DNA of 64,000 nt from Oikopleura dioica (taxonomy: Eukaryota > Animalia > Chordata). Below are positions 47,279-59,937 of the stretch, one piece after another. Each line of letters opens with the position of its first letter. Positions within the stretch are counted from its first letter, which is position 1. The DNA lies in the NCBI GenBank assembly GCA_907165135.1, contig OU015568.1, forward strand, positions 372,001 to 436,000. Reading direction: 5' to 3'. The notes beneath the pieces are model-generated. The model did not search any database. It was not told the origin of the DNA and worked only from the letters and a program-made list of their open reading frames with translations. A program made the translations under genes and the position numbers.

Positions 47279-50200
47279 TTATCCTTCCATCTTGTCGCTT
47301 TCAACGCTGAATCCTTCTATAATAGGATCGACTAGTTTCATCCGGACGCGCTCGTGCTGCGGCCCACTTTGCTCCGTCGTCACGAGCACTTTCACCTTGT
47401 CGAACACCTTGAACTTTGTACCTAAAAAAAATTACACAACTTAATGACAGAAAAGGGGAGACCTTTGACGAGCAATTCGCAGTTCTCCTCATCCAATTCT
47501 GCTTCTTTTTCCAAATCGTTCAAAAAGATCGTTCCTTCCATGCCAAACTGAGGGATGAGCACGCCGATGGCGTTTTGTTTGACTTGCATGACGTACGCTT
47601 CTTCGGTTCTAGCGCCTTGTTTTCGGAAATAAAGCTAGAAAAAAGACATGAAAAAACGAAAATCACATGCTATCTGGCCAAGAAACCCTTCAAGCAAAGT
47701 TGTTGCTTATTTACCTGGGTATGAAGAGCAATGGATGCTCTCTGAGCTTGCTGAGCCATTCTGTTTCTAAAATTGATATTCTTGCAGACATTATTGATGT
47801 GATTCTTGTCGAGAATATCAGGCGTCGTAGTATCAGCGCCGATTGACGCTGCAAGAGCTCTGTGAACCATGATATCAGCATATCTTCGAATCGGCGACGT
47901 GAAATGCGTGTAAATTGGCGCAGCCAGTCCGTAGTGCCAGCAATCACTTTCGAAACCCGTGCAGAAATAAACAGCTTGCATCATCGAGCGAGTTGACATG
48001 ACTCGAAGGACAGTATTGACCATTGGATCGGCGGGATCGACAGCTTCGTTGAGTGAATCCGCCAGTTCACGGGAAGAATTGACATTGAGATGGAATCCTT
48101 TGGCCCTGGCAGCGCGGACTAGAGGGTCGAAATTGGACACGGGTGGTTTTGGATGGCGACGGAGAACGGCTGATTGTGGGAATTCTGTTCGAATATGCTC
48201 CGCTACCTGAAAATATGATCGAAAAAGACCAATAAAAGCCAAAAATATCAATAATACTTCAAACTACCGAAAATTGATGACTAAAACAGTCGCTTACCGA
48301 GCAGTTGGCTAACAGCATAAATTCTTCGACCATAGAATTAGTCTCTTTCAACTCCTTCGTGTACAAATCAATCGGATCTGCCGTCTCTGAGTCCAAATGA
48401 AAGCGAACTTCCACACTTGCCAAGGTGAGCGCTCCATCTTCCAACCTTTGCGCTTTCAGTTTCTTCGCCAGGTAGTTCAATCCTCTCAGACTCTCGGTCA
48501 AGGAGTCGGTCTTTGATTTGTCGTCGATGCGGATTTGGGCTTCTTCGTAGGTAAAGGCAGATTTCGATTTGATGACGGACTTATGGAATTTCACGCTGAG
48601 GATTTTCGCGTTGTCATCGAGCTCCCAAATGACGGAAAACGCCAATCGCTCTAGAATTAAAGGGTTAAAATATGTACCTTACGAGAAAAGCTTTCGTTAT
48701 CCCGGAAAAAGTACCTTCTCCGCCTCTAAGCGAGCATAAATTCGACGAAAGAAGAATCGGTACCATGTCAATTCTATTATCAGCGAGATAAACCGACGTC
48801 CCCCGCTGCGCAGCTTCTTCATCAAGTGCAGTTCCTTTATTTTTGCTCTCAATTTGTCTATTTTTCCTCAAAAACGAAACAAAACCGCTTGAAACGCACT
48901 TTCGGGAGCAACTCTCCTGGTTTAATAAAATGACTGACATCAGCAATGTGAACTCCGACTTCATAATTTCCATTTGGCAGCTTTTTACAATGTAGCGCAT
49001 CGTCAATATCTGTGCAGCCGGGCGGATCGACGGAGGCAATGTCATATTCCCGTAAATCAACTCGCTTCGCCAGCTCTTCTTCCGTGATCGTCCAGTTCTT
49101 GTCTGGCAGACAGCTCAATACTTTCGGTGAAAATGGATCGTGCTTTACGTCGTGCTCGAGTAAAAGGACTTCGTTCTCTGTTTTCTTGTCGCCGACGTTT
49201 CCGAGGACTTTGAACTGGGCTCAGAAATAATGCAGTAAATAATGAAATAAAAAGCCACGCAGCGACTGTTTTAGAAGCGAAGCTGCAAAGATTGCGGAGC
49301 CCAGACTTTGACAAGATGTCCATTCGGATATCTCGATTTTCGGCTCCAACCATCAATAGCAACAACGAGTCGCTGTCCAATAAGTCTCTCCACTTGTCGC
49401 GTTTCGATGCGAATCTTCGGGATCTGCCGCTGCGCAGCGAGAAAGAGTACTCTCGTTGAACCCGGATTGGGAGCTTCGATCACGCCGCAGTAGTTTCTCC
49501 ATGCGCGTTTGATGATACCAACGATTTCTCCCGTCGGAATCGGCTTTAAACCGGCTTTGGGAGCGCTTGCTTCGGCTTCGTCAGCTCCAGGCTGAAGCTC
49601 AGTATCTAAACAACGAGAACTCGGAGCCGACCATTCACTTTCTGGCTTGATTCTGACCGCGACAATATCTTCATTCATCGCTCGATTGAGATCATTTCTT
49701 CCTTGAATCAGAATGTCGCGATCCCCGTCCCTCAGTAGTCCCTCAAGATAGTTGTCTCGCGAGATTTCAAGCTTGCCTTGGACAAGTTTCTTCGATTTGA
49801 CGCCAATTTGGACCTGGGTCATCGACCAATGCGGCTGGTAGTTAATATTTCGGTCGATTTCGATCCCATCTTCGTTTCCTCCAGCGACTTTGTCGAATAC
49901 TTCAGGCGCTACTTCTCCGACATACTCTCTTTTACAGGGCTTTGATTCTTTTATAGTGAGCTCTATTCTACGGAGACCGATTTTTAGACGTCTCAAGGTA
50001 TCTGCAGCTATTTCCAGAGGGATAAAGATGCCTAAAGATGTCTGAAGATGTTTACAGATGTCAACAGATGTCTACAGATGTCTACAGATGTATCTAGATG
50101 GCACTTGAAGTCTATAGGTGTTTACAGATGTTCAAAAATTCTATTATCGATAAATGACTTGTGATAAAGAAATCGCCCTTTCCTGAAAGAAACCGCTTCC

Positions 50201-50867
50201 AAATCAGCTTTCCTGGCAATCTCCGCATTTGCCCGATCATTCGTAATGAGTAAACACCTTGTTCCAAATCCACTTCCTTTATTGTTATAAAACGCAACTG
50301 CTCTTCTTATCAGTCGATCGTTGTAGTCATTGCTGCTTTCTCCTTTGACCCGCTTCGAAAACGTCTCTGCGCAGAATTCGTTCACGAAAACGAAGGCTTT
50401 TCTTCCTGAGCCGATCAAACTTCGGAGTTTCTTGTAATTCGGACCAGATCGTCGTTTTACTTCGTTGAGGACGGTTTGCAAAATGATGATGTTCTGGAAT
50501 CGCTCGTTTTCCAACGCATCGAGGTTGTGAAGAAAGACGTTTGTATCTGGCAGAATCCAGTGGGGCTAGAAAAGATCATTAGGCTCAAATCTGGGCTGGG
50601 GAACCTGTGTGGAAACCTGAGTCAAGGTCTTACAGAAATTTCAAAGCTGTTTCTGGACACTGATTCAGTTTTCAACACAGGTTCCCCAATCCTAGATAAA
50701 AACCGCTCTCTTACCCGACTGCAGAAAGAATTAGGCCGATTTTCGGGGCTAGAATCAAGTGCTGCTCCAATTCCATGCTCAATATCATCTCGCAAGTAAT
50801 GCTCTTTCATCAACCGGAGGATTTTACCACCGCGGGTCTTCACAATTACGACCTTGTTTTCCTTCAT
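47279..50867 (-). CDS. DIS3: Exosome catalytic subunit DIS3/RRP44
   Basis: [12 protein letters not shown]-like [71 protein letters not shown]. Confidence 0.97.
50030..50130. repeat. Degenerate 10-bp minisatellite (AGATGTCTAC) in a DIS3 intron
   Basis: About 10 imperfect copies read directly. Confidence 0.8.
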
Positions 50868-50961
50868 TTTCTAAAAAGTAATTCTTAATTCTGCTCAATA
50901 AGATTTGTCACGAAACGCGAGGAGCAAATATAGAGAACTTGAAAATTTCCAAATAGCGATT

Positions 50962-51984
50962 TTATTCAGAATTCGATTTTGATTTATAAGAATTCGTTTC
51001 GTATAAATTTGCTTGTCCAAGGGGTGCTTTCATCGTGAGGAAATCGTCAACTGGAAGGGAAAAATCTGGGCCTTTGATTTCGACCATATCTTTGTGGATA
51101 TGCGGAGCAGGGATCAGCGAAGGGCAGAGTTCTTTGAGTTCTTCTAGGGCGGCTTCGGCGAGTTTAACGCGACAGTAGTATTTTTCATCTGAAAGATTTT
51201 TTGCAGGAGGATCTTATTTGCTTCCGTGGCAGAAAATAAAATTGGCAAATCTGCAGTTACTTTTCCATAAAATCATTTATTAAATTTTTTTGAAATCGTA
51301 AAGAAAAAAAACCAGTTTATGTTTTTCTCTAGTATTTCATCAAAACAAACCATTTTTTTCATTTTTAATATGTTTTATATAAATTTTTAAATGCGATCAT
51401 TAATGAAGGGAAAAATAAATAATTAGGATCGTTTTTAATTACCAGCTTCTTTGAAGACACTCTTCATTTGCTGCGAATATTCATCCCCAGCAATTTCCGC
51501 TTCAATCAGAACTTCGTCCTCAAATGGCTCGAATTTTCTTTGATTCGATTCCAATTTCCACTCGAATTTTCGGTACTCATCCTTCACTGAAAAACCGATA
51601 AGAAAACCCTGAAAGGGAAGACTTTTTAGTTTACCGATAATTCGATCTTTCCCCATTTTTTGAGCTCGTTCGAGTTTGATTTCTTCTCTCTTCAGAATTT
51701 GCTGGCGAAGTTCCGGATCCTTCGTGTTTCTGTATCTATTCAGCACTTCCGCCGCTAGAATTTTCGTTAAGAAAATTGATGAGAAGCGAAATTTTGTGAG
51801 AAAATACCTCTTGCATCCAAAGATTCTTTCCTAATTGCCGAAATTGCCAAGCTTGCTCTTCGCCAAAGCATTTTCTTATCAAATTCGATAAATTCGAAAC
51901 CTGCTTTCTTCTCTTTTTTTCGCTTTTCAGATTCTCGAAAAAACGGGCGGCGCTGATTGGCAGGCGCTCCGCGCGGCTCTTCAT
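50962..51984 (-). CDS. Hypothetical protein upstream of DIS3; start uncertain
   Basis: Spliced exons ...QAWQFRQLGKNLWMQE|VLNRYRNTKDPELRQQ...|KDEYRKFEWKLES...|DEKYYCRVKLAE...SKSNSE*. Confidence 0.55.
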
Positions 51985-52450
51985 TTTTCAAGAATTATCC
52001 TGGAAGAACGCTTCTTCTTTCAGAGCGTTTTTCAGAGAAACGGCAAAAGAGAAAACTCCCAAATTTTCACGTATTAAGTAAAATTGTCTGAATTTTTCAA
52101 AACTGACATTTATTTTTGATTTTGAGAAAGAGAAACAATCAAAAATCGCACTTTTCTAATTTATCTGTCAATTTCCAATCCTTTTTTCATTACTACTGTA
52201 TCTTTTCTGTCGTTCAACAGTTTCTTTATTCATTTTTTATCATTACCCTTCATCATCTAGACTCGAAAACCTGTGTTTAAGCCCTGAGTCAGGGTCTCGA
52301 TTCGAGACTCTCGAAAGAGCAACTTAAAACTTTTCGCGGCTTCGATTTTACTAGAAACCGCTACGCGGTTTTTTCTTGAAGCTTTTCAAGACCCTGACTC
52401 AGGATTTCTACACAGGTTTCCGAATAGTTAATCTTTCAGATCAAGAAAAA

Positions 52451-53310
52451 ATGACCGAGAAACTAAGCGAACTTGCGTCCGAATTTGGCTCCCCGAAAAT
52501 CAACAAGGAGCGCTTCCCTTGCTACGGCAGCTGGCACGAGTTCAGTCTCAAATTCAACCTCCTCCGAAACGACTTCCAAATGAAGCTCGACGAGTACTCG
52601 AAACTGGTCGAGAAGCATGAAGAAACCAAGAGGTTTTATTATAAGTGTCTTGAGGGACTTCAGGAGAGGGTCTTTATTCTTATCAAAATTGTGGAATATC
52701 GGAATGGTTCTACTAGAAAAGGGGAAAACCGAGCTTTGCGCGGATCTGGGCTCGGCAACCTTCGTAGAAAACCTGAGTCAAGGTCTCAAAGAGCTAAGAT
52801 GAAAACCTGCGTAGCGGCTTTTTTAACAACGAAACCTACGCCGCATTTCCTTTAAGCTCTTTCAGACCCTGACTCAGGTTTTCTTCACAGGTTTTTGAGC
52901 CAAGATCCGCGCAAAGCTTGGCTCTCCTCATTGTTTTGCCCGAAGATGCAGGCGGCTTTTCGAAACCCTATTTTTATCTGAAGCCGACCCTAAAACAGCC
53001 AGTATTCAAAGCGTACGTTTTCGCCGACCCTTCGAACGAAACTCATCGAGAATCCACCCTGGATAGAGCTTGGAGCCACCTGAAGCCGAACCGCGAGAAA
53101 CCGAACAAGAATGAAGAAAGCGAAGAATCCGAAAGTGAAGTAAGCGAGAATGGAGAACCAAGCCCACAACAACGACTTGAGGAAATTCGACAAGAACGGA
53201 TGAAGAAAGAATCGAGAAAGAAAATCATCGAGCGATTGAAGGAGGACTACCCAGACAGATACAAGGACTTCAAATTCAAGGAGAAAAAGGACACCAAGAA
53301 AAAATATTGA
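52451..53310 (+). CDS. Hypothetical charged protein, probably 2 exons
   Basis: MTEKLSELASEFG...KCLEGLQ joined by a probable GA-AG intron to PVFKAYVFAD...KKKY*; an acceptor-like AG precedes the ATG. Confidence 0.5.
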
Positions 53311-53761
53311 AACATTTTGAAATCAACGAAGAATCGTTAATTCTCTGTCTTTTCATTTTCACCGCTCAAGCTCACTATTTTTTGCACTAGACTCCGAAGG
53401 CTGCGAAGCAAACCTGACTCATGGTCCAGAAAGAGCTTTGGCGAATAACCACCTTGCGGCTTTTTATACAAAGCTGAGCTCGGGAAGTAAAAGGTTTAAA
53501 AAAGATCTCAATTGGAAAGCCGCCTTCTCTTTGAAAAAAGAAGCCGCGCGGCTTTTGATTTGAGATCTTTGAAAACCCTGACACAGGTTACCGAGCCCAG
53601 TCTCATTTCTAGTTTAGCGTCCTGAGTCAGAGCCTGAGTCAAGTTTTGTACACAGATTCTTTAGTCCACTTGTTACAAATAATTGAAAACAAAAACATGT
53701 TTGTACCTATTGATAGAACAAGTCATCTTTTAGACCACTTGAGAGCCAAAAAGCTGAAAAT

Positions 53762-54697
53762 ATGACTGAAAACGAGCATGATCGTCCCGCAGGCCCGCTG
53801 GAGCAAGTGCTTCTTGAAAATATTGAAGCCGGGTTTCAAAAGCGCGCGCAAGGCAAAAATGAAAGGGGACATAGATAGCCCATATCAATGCCGATTTTTA
53901 AACGCTGAAACCCGTGAATCAGTACTCGACGATATCAAGAAACAGCTCCACGATGAGCGCAGAAAGATGTTCGTCAAGCAGCAAGATTTGCAGCGGAGGA
54001 AGAACGAGCTGGTTACGCTCGTGAGAACGAAATACCCCGACAGCAAAGAATACTCGGAGAAAGCCGATGGAAGTGCCATTTTCAGCTCCGTTCCGATTCC
54101 AGGATCTTCCGGAGCTGAAGTTGAGAAAGCAGAAGAGAATGAGAAGGTACGAGAATTAAAGATGACCGAGATTGGTCCCGCTGATGAGCCTGATGGATGG
54201 GTTCTTGTTGAATCATTCGATAAGATTTCGCTTGATCCTCACAAGGACTACCTTCAGGAACTTCCAGATGAGAAACCAGACGATCGACTTCAAACATCGA
54301 GAAATGATGGCGAAACTCGGGACAGTGGTGATGAAGGTAAGAAAATATTTGACTAGAGGTCTGATTTGAAGTTGATTATTCAGCTTACGATCCCGAGAAC
54401 GCTACTTTTAGCGGAGGCTACGCCGACTGCTACGATGGCGATTCTGATTTCTCCGGTGGTGGGCACCTTCATCAGGACCTCGCCGATTTGGACATCGACA
54501 ACGACTTTGAGGGTGACACTACCGACGATGAAACTGACACGGACCCAGAGGAAGATCATGAGCCTGGCCTCCTTGATGATGATGAGGATTATGACCATCA
54601 GGACTTCGGCAACCTCGATGGTTTCACCGAGGAGGACATGAACTACGACAAGCACGATGAGTACGAGACTGGCCTCTACGCTTGGGATCGAATTTAG
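53762..54697 (+). CDS. Hypothetical coiled-coil protein with a very acidic C-terminus
   Basis: MTENEHDRP...; exons from ORFs 53778-54356 and 54488-54697; Asp/Glu-rich tail ending YAWDRI*. Confidence 0.55.
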
Positions 54698-55099
54698 AAA
54701 ATCTGAAACTGATTCTTGCTTTTTCCACTGCTTTTTGAACAAATTCGCTCTGAAACTATCACGATTTTATTGATAATAAAAGACCTAAAGGAAAAATAAA
54801 ACCTTTGCCCACTTTTTTCTTCATTTATTGAGGAAAAAATTGGCTAAAACCGCGGGCTCTGGAACCTTTGTAAGGACCTGTGTCAGCGGCTTTGCCGAGT
54901 CACATTATGATTCGGAAAAGCATTTCGGAAAAGAAGTTTCATAACGTTTTTCAATATTATGAGCAGGATAAGATGCGCGTCGGAAAAACGTGATGTTTAT
55001 TCCGCGCTGACAATTTGTTTGAAAAACTTGCATCGCTTTCCAAGCTTTATCGTCGGTTATAAAACCAGCTTTTCATCCCGAAAAATTCAAAATTTCCAA

Positions 55100-55913
55100 A
55101 TGAAATCTCTCGCCTTTATCTTTGGCTCTTTTTCATCCGCGGCAGTTTGGGACACGAAATTCAACGCTGCCTGGAACTTAAATTTCTGGTGGCAAGAGGA
55201 GGGAGACTACAAGAGCACGCTTGAAGATGGAAAGTGGGTGGAAGAGCTATTCTGCAAGACGAAGCCGATTTATGAATTCCGATGCACGGGAGAGGCTCTA
55301 TGTCACAAAGTTTTATACGCTAAAAATGCTCATTGCACGAGGGTTCAGACGAATGAGGATGGAATGAAAGTTAGAGAGCATTATGGCTGCTACAACTCGA
55401 ATTGGACGAATGATACAACTGGTGGAATCCTTGAGGTAAATTCCAGAATTGTCTGTCAAAAGAACCGTGTGCTCAAATAATTTTCTATCCGAATAATGAT
55501 TGACATAATTTAACGCACTTCAGAAAATGGCACCAGCCAATACTATAATATAGTGACAAATGTAGAAAATATAGTGAACATTTAATCAGGAAATAGCTCA
55601 ATTGATATTTGATTATCCTCAGTTTTTTCAACAACTTATGGTCTTTTAGTCTCTCTACGATGAATTCCTCCAAGATCAGCCCTTCTTGCCCGTCGATAGC
55701 GTTCCCGAAACCCACCGGCTTTTCCTCCCAGAAAAAGGTGTCTGCCCCCAAACAGGCTCCGAAATTTGCGGCTCACTAGATGCCATTCCTTTCTTTCATC
55801 CTTCCTGCTACCGGAACGACCAACTCAATCCCGGGTTCTACCTGCTTTCAGTTCAGAGCTTTTTCAGTCCGGAACAACAAATTGCTTCGAAAGAACTACG
55901 ACCGAGGGGATGA
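55100..55913 (+). CDS. Secreted Cys-containing hypothetical protein, 2 exons
   Basis: Signal peptide MKSLAFIFGSFSSA; GT donor after GGILE; second exon in ORF 55686-55913. Confidence 0.65.
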
Positions 55914-56777
55914 ATTGAAAGTCTAGTGCCTGCCTTTTTTGAAGAATAAAGGGAACCGTTGTTGATTTTTTTGTTCGATTTTGTTATTTTATTTTTGTAA
56001 ATAAGCGGTTTTCTTATTAGCTGACCCGAATTGATTAAGATTCAGTTAGAGAGTTGTACAGTTACATGTTGTGTCAGACGTCGAATGAATTTCAAATTGA
56101 TACTGTAAGAAGATAATAATAAAAAACAATGTTGAAGGGAGACAGGTGTGCTCAAGTAAGGGGTGCCCTACTGGGCCATAAAGTTTGAAAGAAGATTCTT
56201 TATGGCCTAGCCGTATAAGAAAAAAAAAGGAAAAGAAGATTTCAATTTCAATTTTTGAAGGTGCTATCTGGTGAAGAGTGGAGAGCTGCTCAAACGCGAT
56301 TTTTTTGTTGTTGATCTGATTAGGTGATTTGGAATGCTAAATATGGTCGTTAGAAGAGATGATGATAGCAAGGATAAAGGGATCAGAAACCTATGAAAGA
56401 ACCTGAGACAGGGTCGCGGTTTTTGTCGAAACTCTCTGAGAACCCTGACTCAGGTTTCTTCTCAGACTACCATCCCGCCCATCCTCTTTGAGTTCATCAT
56501 CTGCCTCGGGAAACTGTGCAGAAACCTGAGTCAGGGTCGCGGCTTTATACGGTATTATAGCTCTTTCAGAACTCTGACTTAGGTTTTTATACAGTTTGCC
56601 GGGAAGATAATGAAGGCAAGGAGGATGGGCTTGGTAACCAGAGTAGAAGCCTGGGTCAGGGTCTGGAGACGGTTTCGACATAAAACCGCTACCCTGACTC
56701 AGCCTGAGTCACTCAGGTTTCTACAGAGATTGCCGAGCTGGACATCAAGGAGGACTTACCAGATGCAATTGTCTTGC

Positions 56778-57365
56778 TTAGTAGTTGTTAGCTTTTAAGT
56801 AGTCGGCGATTTTCCCGACGGCGAGTGATAAGGATCCACCATTGGATCCATCGACTCCTCTGGCGATGGTGAGGCACTGGTTCGACTTTTCAACTGAGAA
56901 CGGGTTTTTTCCTTCGGCCTTTGACTTTGCTTGGAGCGAGTCTTCGGAACATTTGACAAGGACGAATTTTTCTCCGTTGAATGTGAAGCCATTTGCGAAA
57001 CTAGAAGAAAATGATAATTGCTTACGTACGCTTGAGAAAAAAGTCGATGCTCGATTAATAAATATTTATCGCCGCGTCAAAACTAATTCATTTCTCATTG
57101 ATGATTTTACTGACGCGCTGGAAGTTCAAAAGAACGGTCACGTGCCTCTTTTTTTAGCTCAAGGTCGAAAAACAAGAAAGATGACTTACCCACTGCTGGG
57201 GTCGGTGAACAAGTTGTACAAGTCGATAATCTCCTGGTAGTTGGCGGCGGCGTGGTCGAAGCCTTCCTGTGCCCAAGTTGATCCATTGAAGCCGAAAAGG
57301 CCAGCGGCGGCGACGTTACCGGCGTAGTTTGCTTTGAGACTGTCGACGTATCCGGACCACGACAT
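56778..57365 (-). CDS. PFN: Profilin, 132 aa, 2 exons (57365-57190, 57000-56778)
   Basis: MSWSGYVD..AAAGLFGFNGSTWA...GFTFNGEKF...IADYLKANNY*. GT-AG intron 57189-57001 keeps the frame. Not present in the supplied ORF track. Confidence 0.93.
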
Positions 57366-59010
57366 TTTTATATAACTTACACTCTGAAAAGATAAGAGGT
57401 TTGTGAAAGTAGTTGGACAAAAACATCATGTTGAAATTTTTAACAGAAATATACTGCTCAAAGAACTGATAGAATAGGGTCGTCGTTTTACTTGACAAGT
57501 ACCTCCTTTAGGACATTTGAATTTATTTCAAAAGGGTCCTCTTTTTATCGGATTTTCCGAATTAATGTTGCTTAAAAAGTATTTGATTAAAAATCCGTTT
57601 AAATAAGGGCATTCCTAAGGAGTGTTTAATCCGTTAAAATGGGATCTTCCCTAGATATTTGCCCGTTAAAAGGGCTCCTTTTCACAAAGAAATTATTGCT
57701 ATCTTTGAGAGACTATCAATAATTTTTAGTAATTTTTTTCTCTCTAATGGTGAAAAAACAAAACGCCCTTTTAAACCCGATAATAATCGTCATAAAACGC
57801 CGGGTCGTAGGTGCTGTTTCTCTCGATTTTCTCTTTTCTCGTTTCTGCGGTTTTTCTGACTGAAAGACGGGACAGCTTATTCACTCGAGGGGGCCATATT
57901 TTGTGTTATTTTCTCTGCGAAATGCGAAAGAAACTCGAGTGACTCAGATCTTGATCCTGGCCAAAGAGAGCGACGGGCTCTGACAAAAATGAACAACGCG
58001 CCCGGACGGGGCAACTGCCTCACGTTTTCCTCTTTGATCCCAAACGCGCAACTCAACTCAACCGCGACGACGTGACGCCCTTAGAGCCCCCGCTAGCCAA
58101 GTCTGAATCAGACTGGGGCGAGTTTTTCTGCTGAAATTTCATTCTTTCTGGAAAAAATTTGGCTCCAACTTGATTGTTAAAGATTTTGAACTTGAGTCTC
58201 TTTTGTTTTTATTCTTGACAAAAAATTATAATAAAAAATAAATATTTGTCAATATAAAAAGCAAGTTTTCTTTCTCTTTTTAAACTTCTCAAATAAAAAA
58301 AGCTCAACTTCAAGTAGCTGTGAAACTAAAAGTGACGCGCCTGACTGCTTTGAAAACGCACTGAATACATCTGCAAGACATACAGTCACTCCCTTAGACG
58401 CTACTTTCTTAATCATCACCCGCTCTACCAGCTCAATCATGGAAGGATCAATATTTTGTAATCACTCATTTTTAAATTCTGCCTTTACAAAATTAACACT
58501 TGTTACTACTCTTTCAAAATACGGAAAAAATGATTCAGCAGAGGCATAAAAACAAGCGTCCTCCGCCGGATCGTCAAATATTAGCTCGTTTAAAATACGG
58601 CAAAGAAAAAAAGACTCGCCACGCGCTCTGAATCTCGTAAAAATCATCTTTCAATGCTCGCCATGGGATTTTCAAATGATCAAATCAATAAAAAAAGCTC
58701 TCCCTCGAGGACAAGAAAGCAATCCTTTCTTGAAGGTTTTCGAAAAATAGTCTCTTTTCGATGATTTTCTGACATTTTCTGTCTTTGATTGCGATTTATA
58801 TTTGCTTTTGGAGACGTATCTTCTTCTCAGCTGTAAATATTTGACTGTTGGGCATATCGGAGACATTTGTCTTTTGATAATCATAAATAATAATAATCGT
58901 CTTTTCACATTGAAATGGAAAATGATGCTAGTGAATCTGATTTCCAAAGACCAGCTTTTTAAGTCAAACTTTGAATCAAAAGTTTATCTTTTCGGATCTG
59001 GAAAATTCGA

Positions 59011-59937
59011 AAGCAATCTAAAGCCAAGTAAGTGCGCATTTTCGATCTCCGAATGTTTTGATACGATGCGATAACTTAGCGGCCGCTTTGATTGTGACTA
59101 TCAGTGGAACTCACTGGACAGCAACCTCGACATTTCGTTTATTGAAAGCTTGTAGAAATCATGCTGTTGCTTTTGCTCCTTGAGCTCTGCCAAGCGAATC
59201 CGCCGGGAACAAAGAGAGACAATGAGGGTCCTGCTGATGTGTGCATATCGACTGTTTGTCATCCTCATTCCTCCTGTTACGTTTATTGGTTCGTAATCCA
59301 TAACCACGATGAGTTTTATAGAGATTTCTGTATTTGTGACTTGGGATGGAAACTCCAAGTGACTGCGCAGGGAGTGTTTTCCTGCGTCAATATTGATGAA
59401 TGCGCTGAAGGTACCCATGACTGCCACTGTGGAAGCACATGCGTGGACGAAGAAGGGACATACTCGTGTCAATGCGAACCGGGTTATGTTTACGCTAATG
59501 TAGAAACAGAAAGAGAAGAGGTAAGACCCGAGAATATAGCGCTCGTTTACGATTTAGATTTTGAATATTTTTGAGTAGTTTCTACAAAATTAATTTTTTA
59601 TTTAATCGCACAGCCTTGGAGAACACGACCAAGCGCAACTCTTTTGAACAAATTTTAACTGCGAGATTGCTTAGTAAAAATGATTTTTGAGAGAGTTAAA
59701 GACAAATAATTAACTAGGATTTCGGAAATTTGGTCACTGAATGATGAGATCATGTTAGTTTCAGCGATGACCAAAGAGTCAATTTTTGAATCAAGCAGTT
59801 CAATCTTTAGACTTTTCGGATTTCTTTAACTGAAAAACTCGTAAGCTATCTAAAGCCATGTAAGTGCGCATTGTCGATCTCCGAATGTTTTGATACGATG
59901 CGATAACTTACCGGCCGCTTTGGTTGTGACTATCAGT
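59011..59937. repeat. About 95-bp direct repeat pair (59011-59105, 59843-59937)
   Basis: Shared core CGATCTCCGAATGTTTTGATACGATGCGATAACTTA is identical in both copies. Confidence 0.9.
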
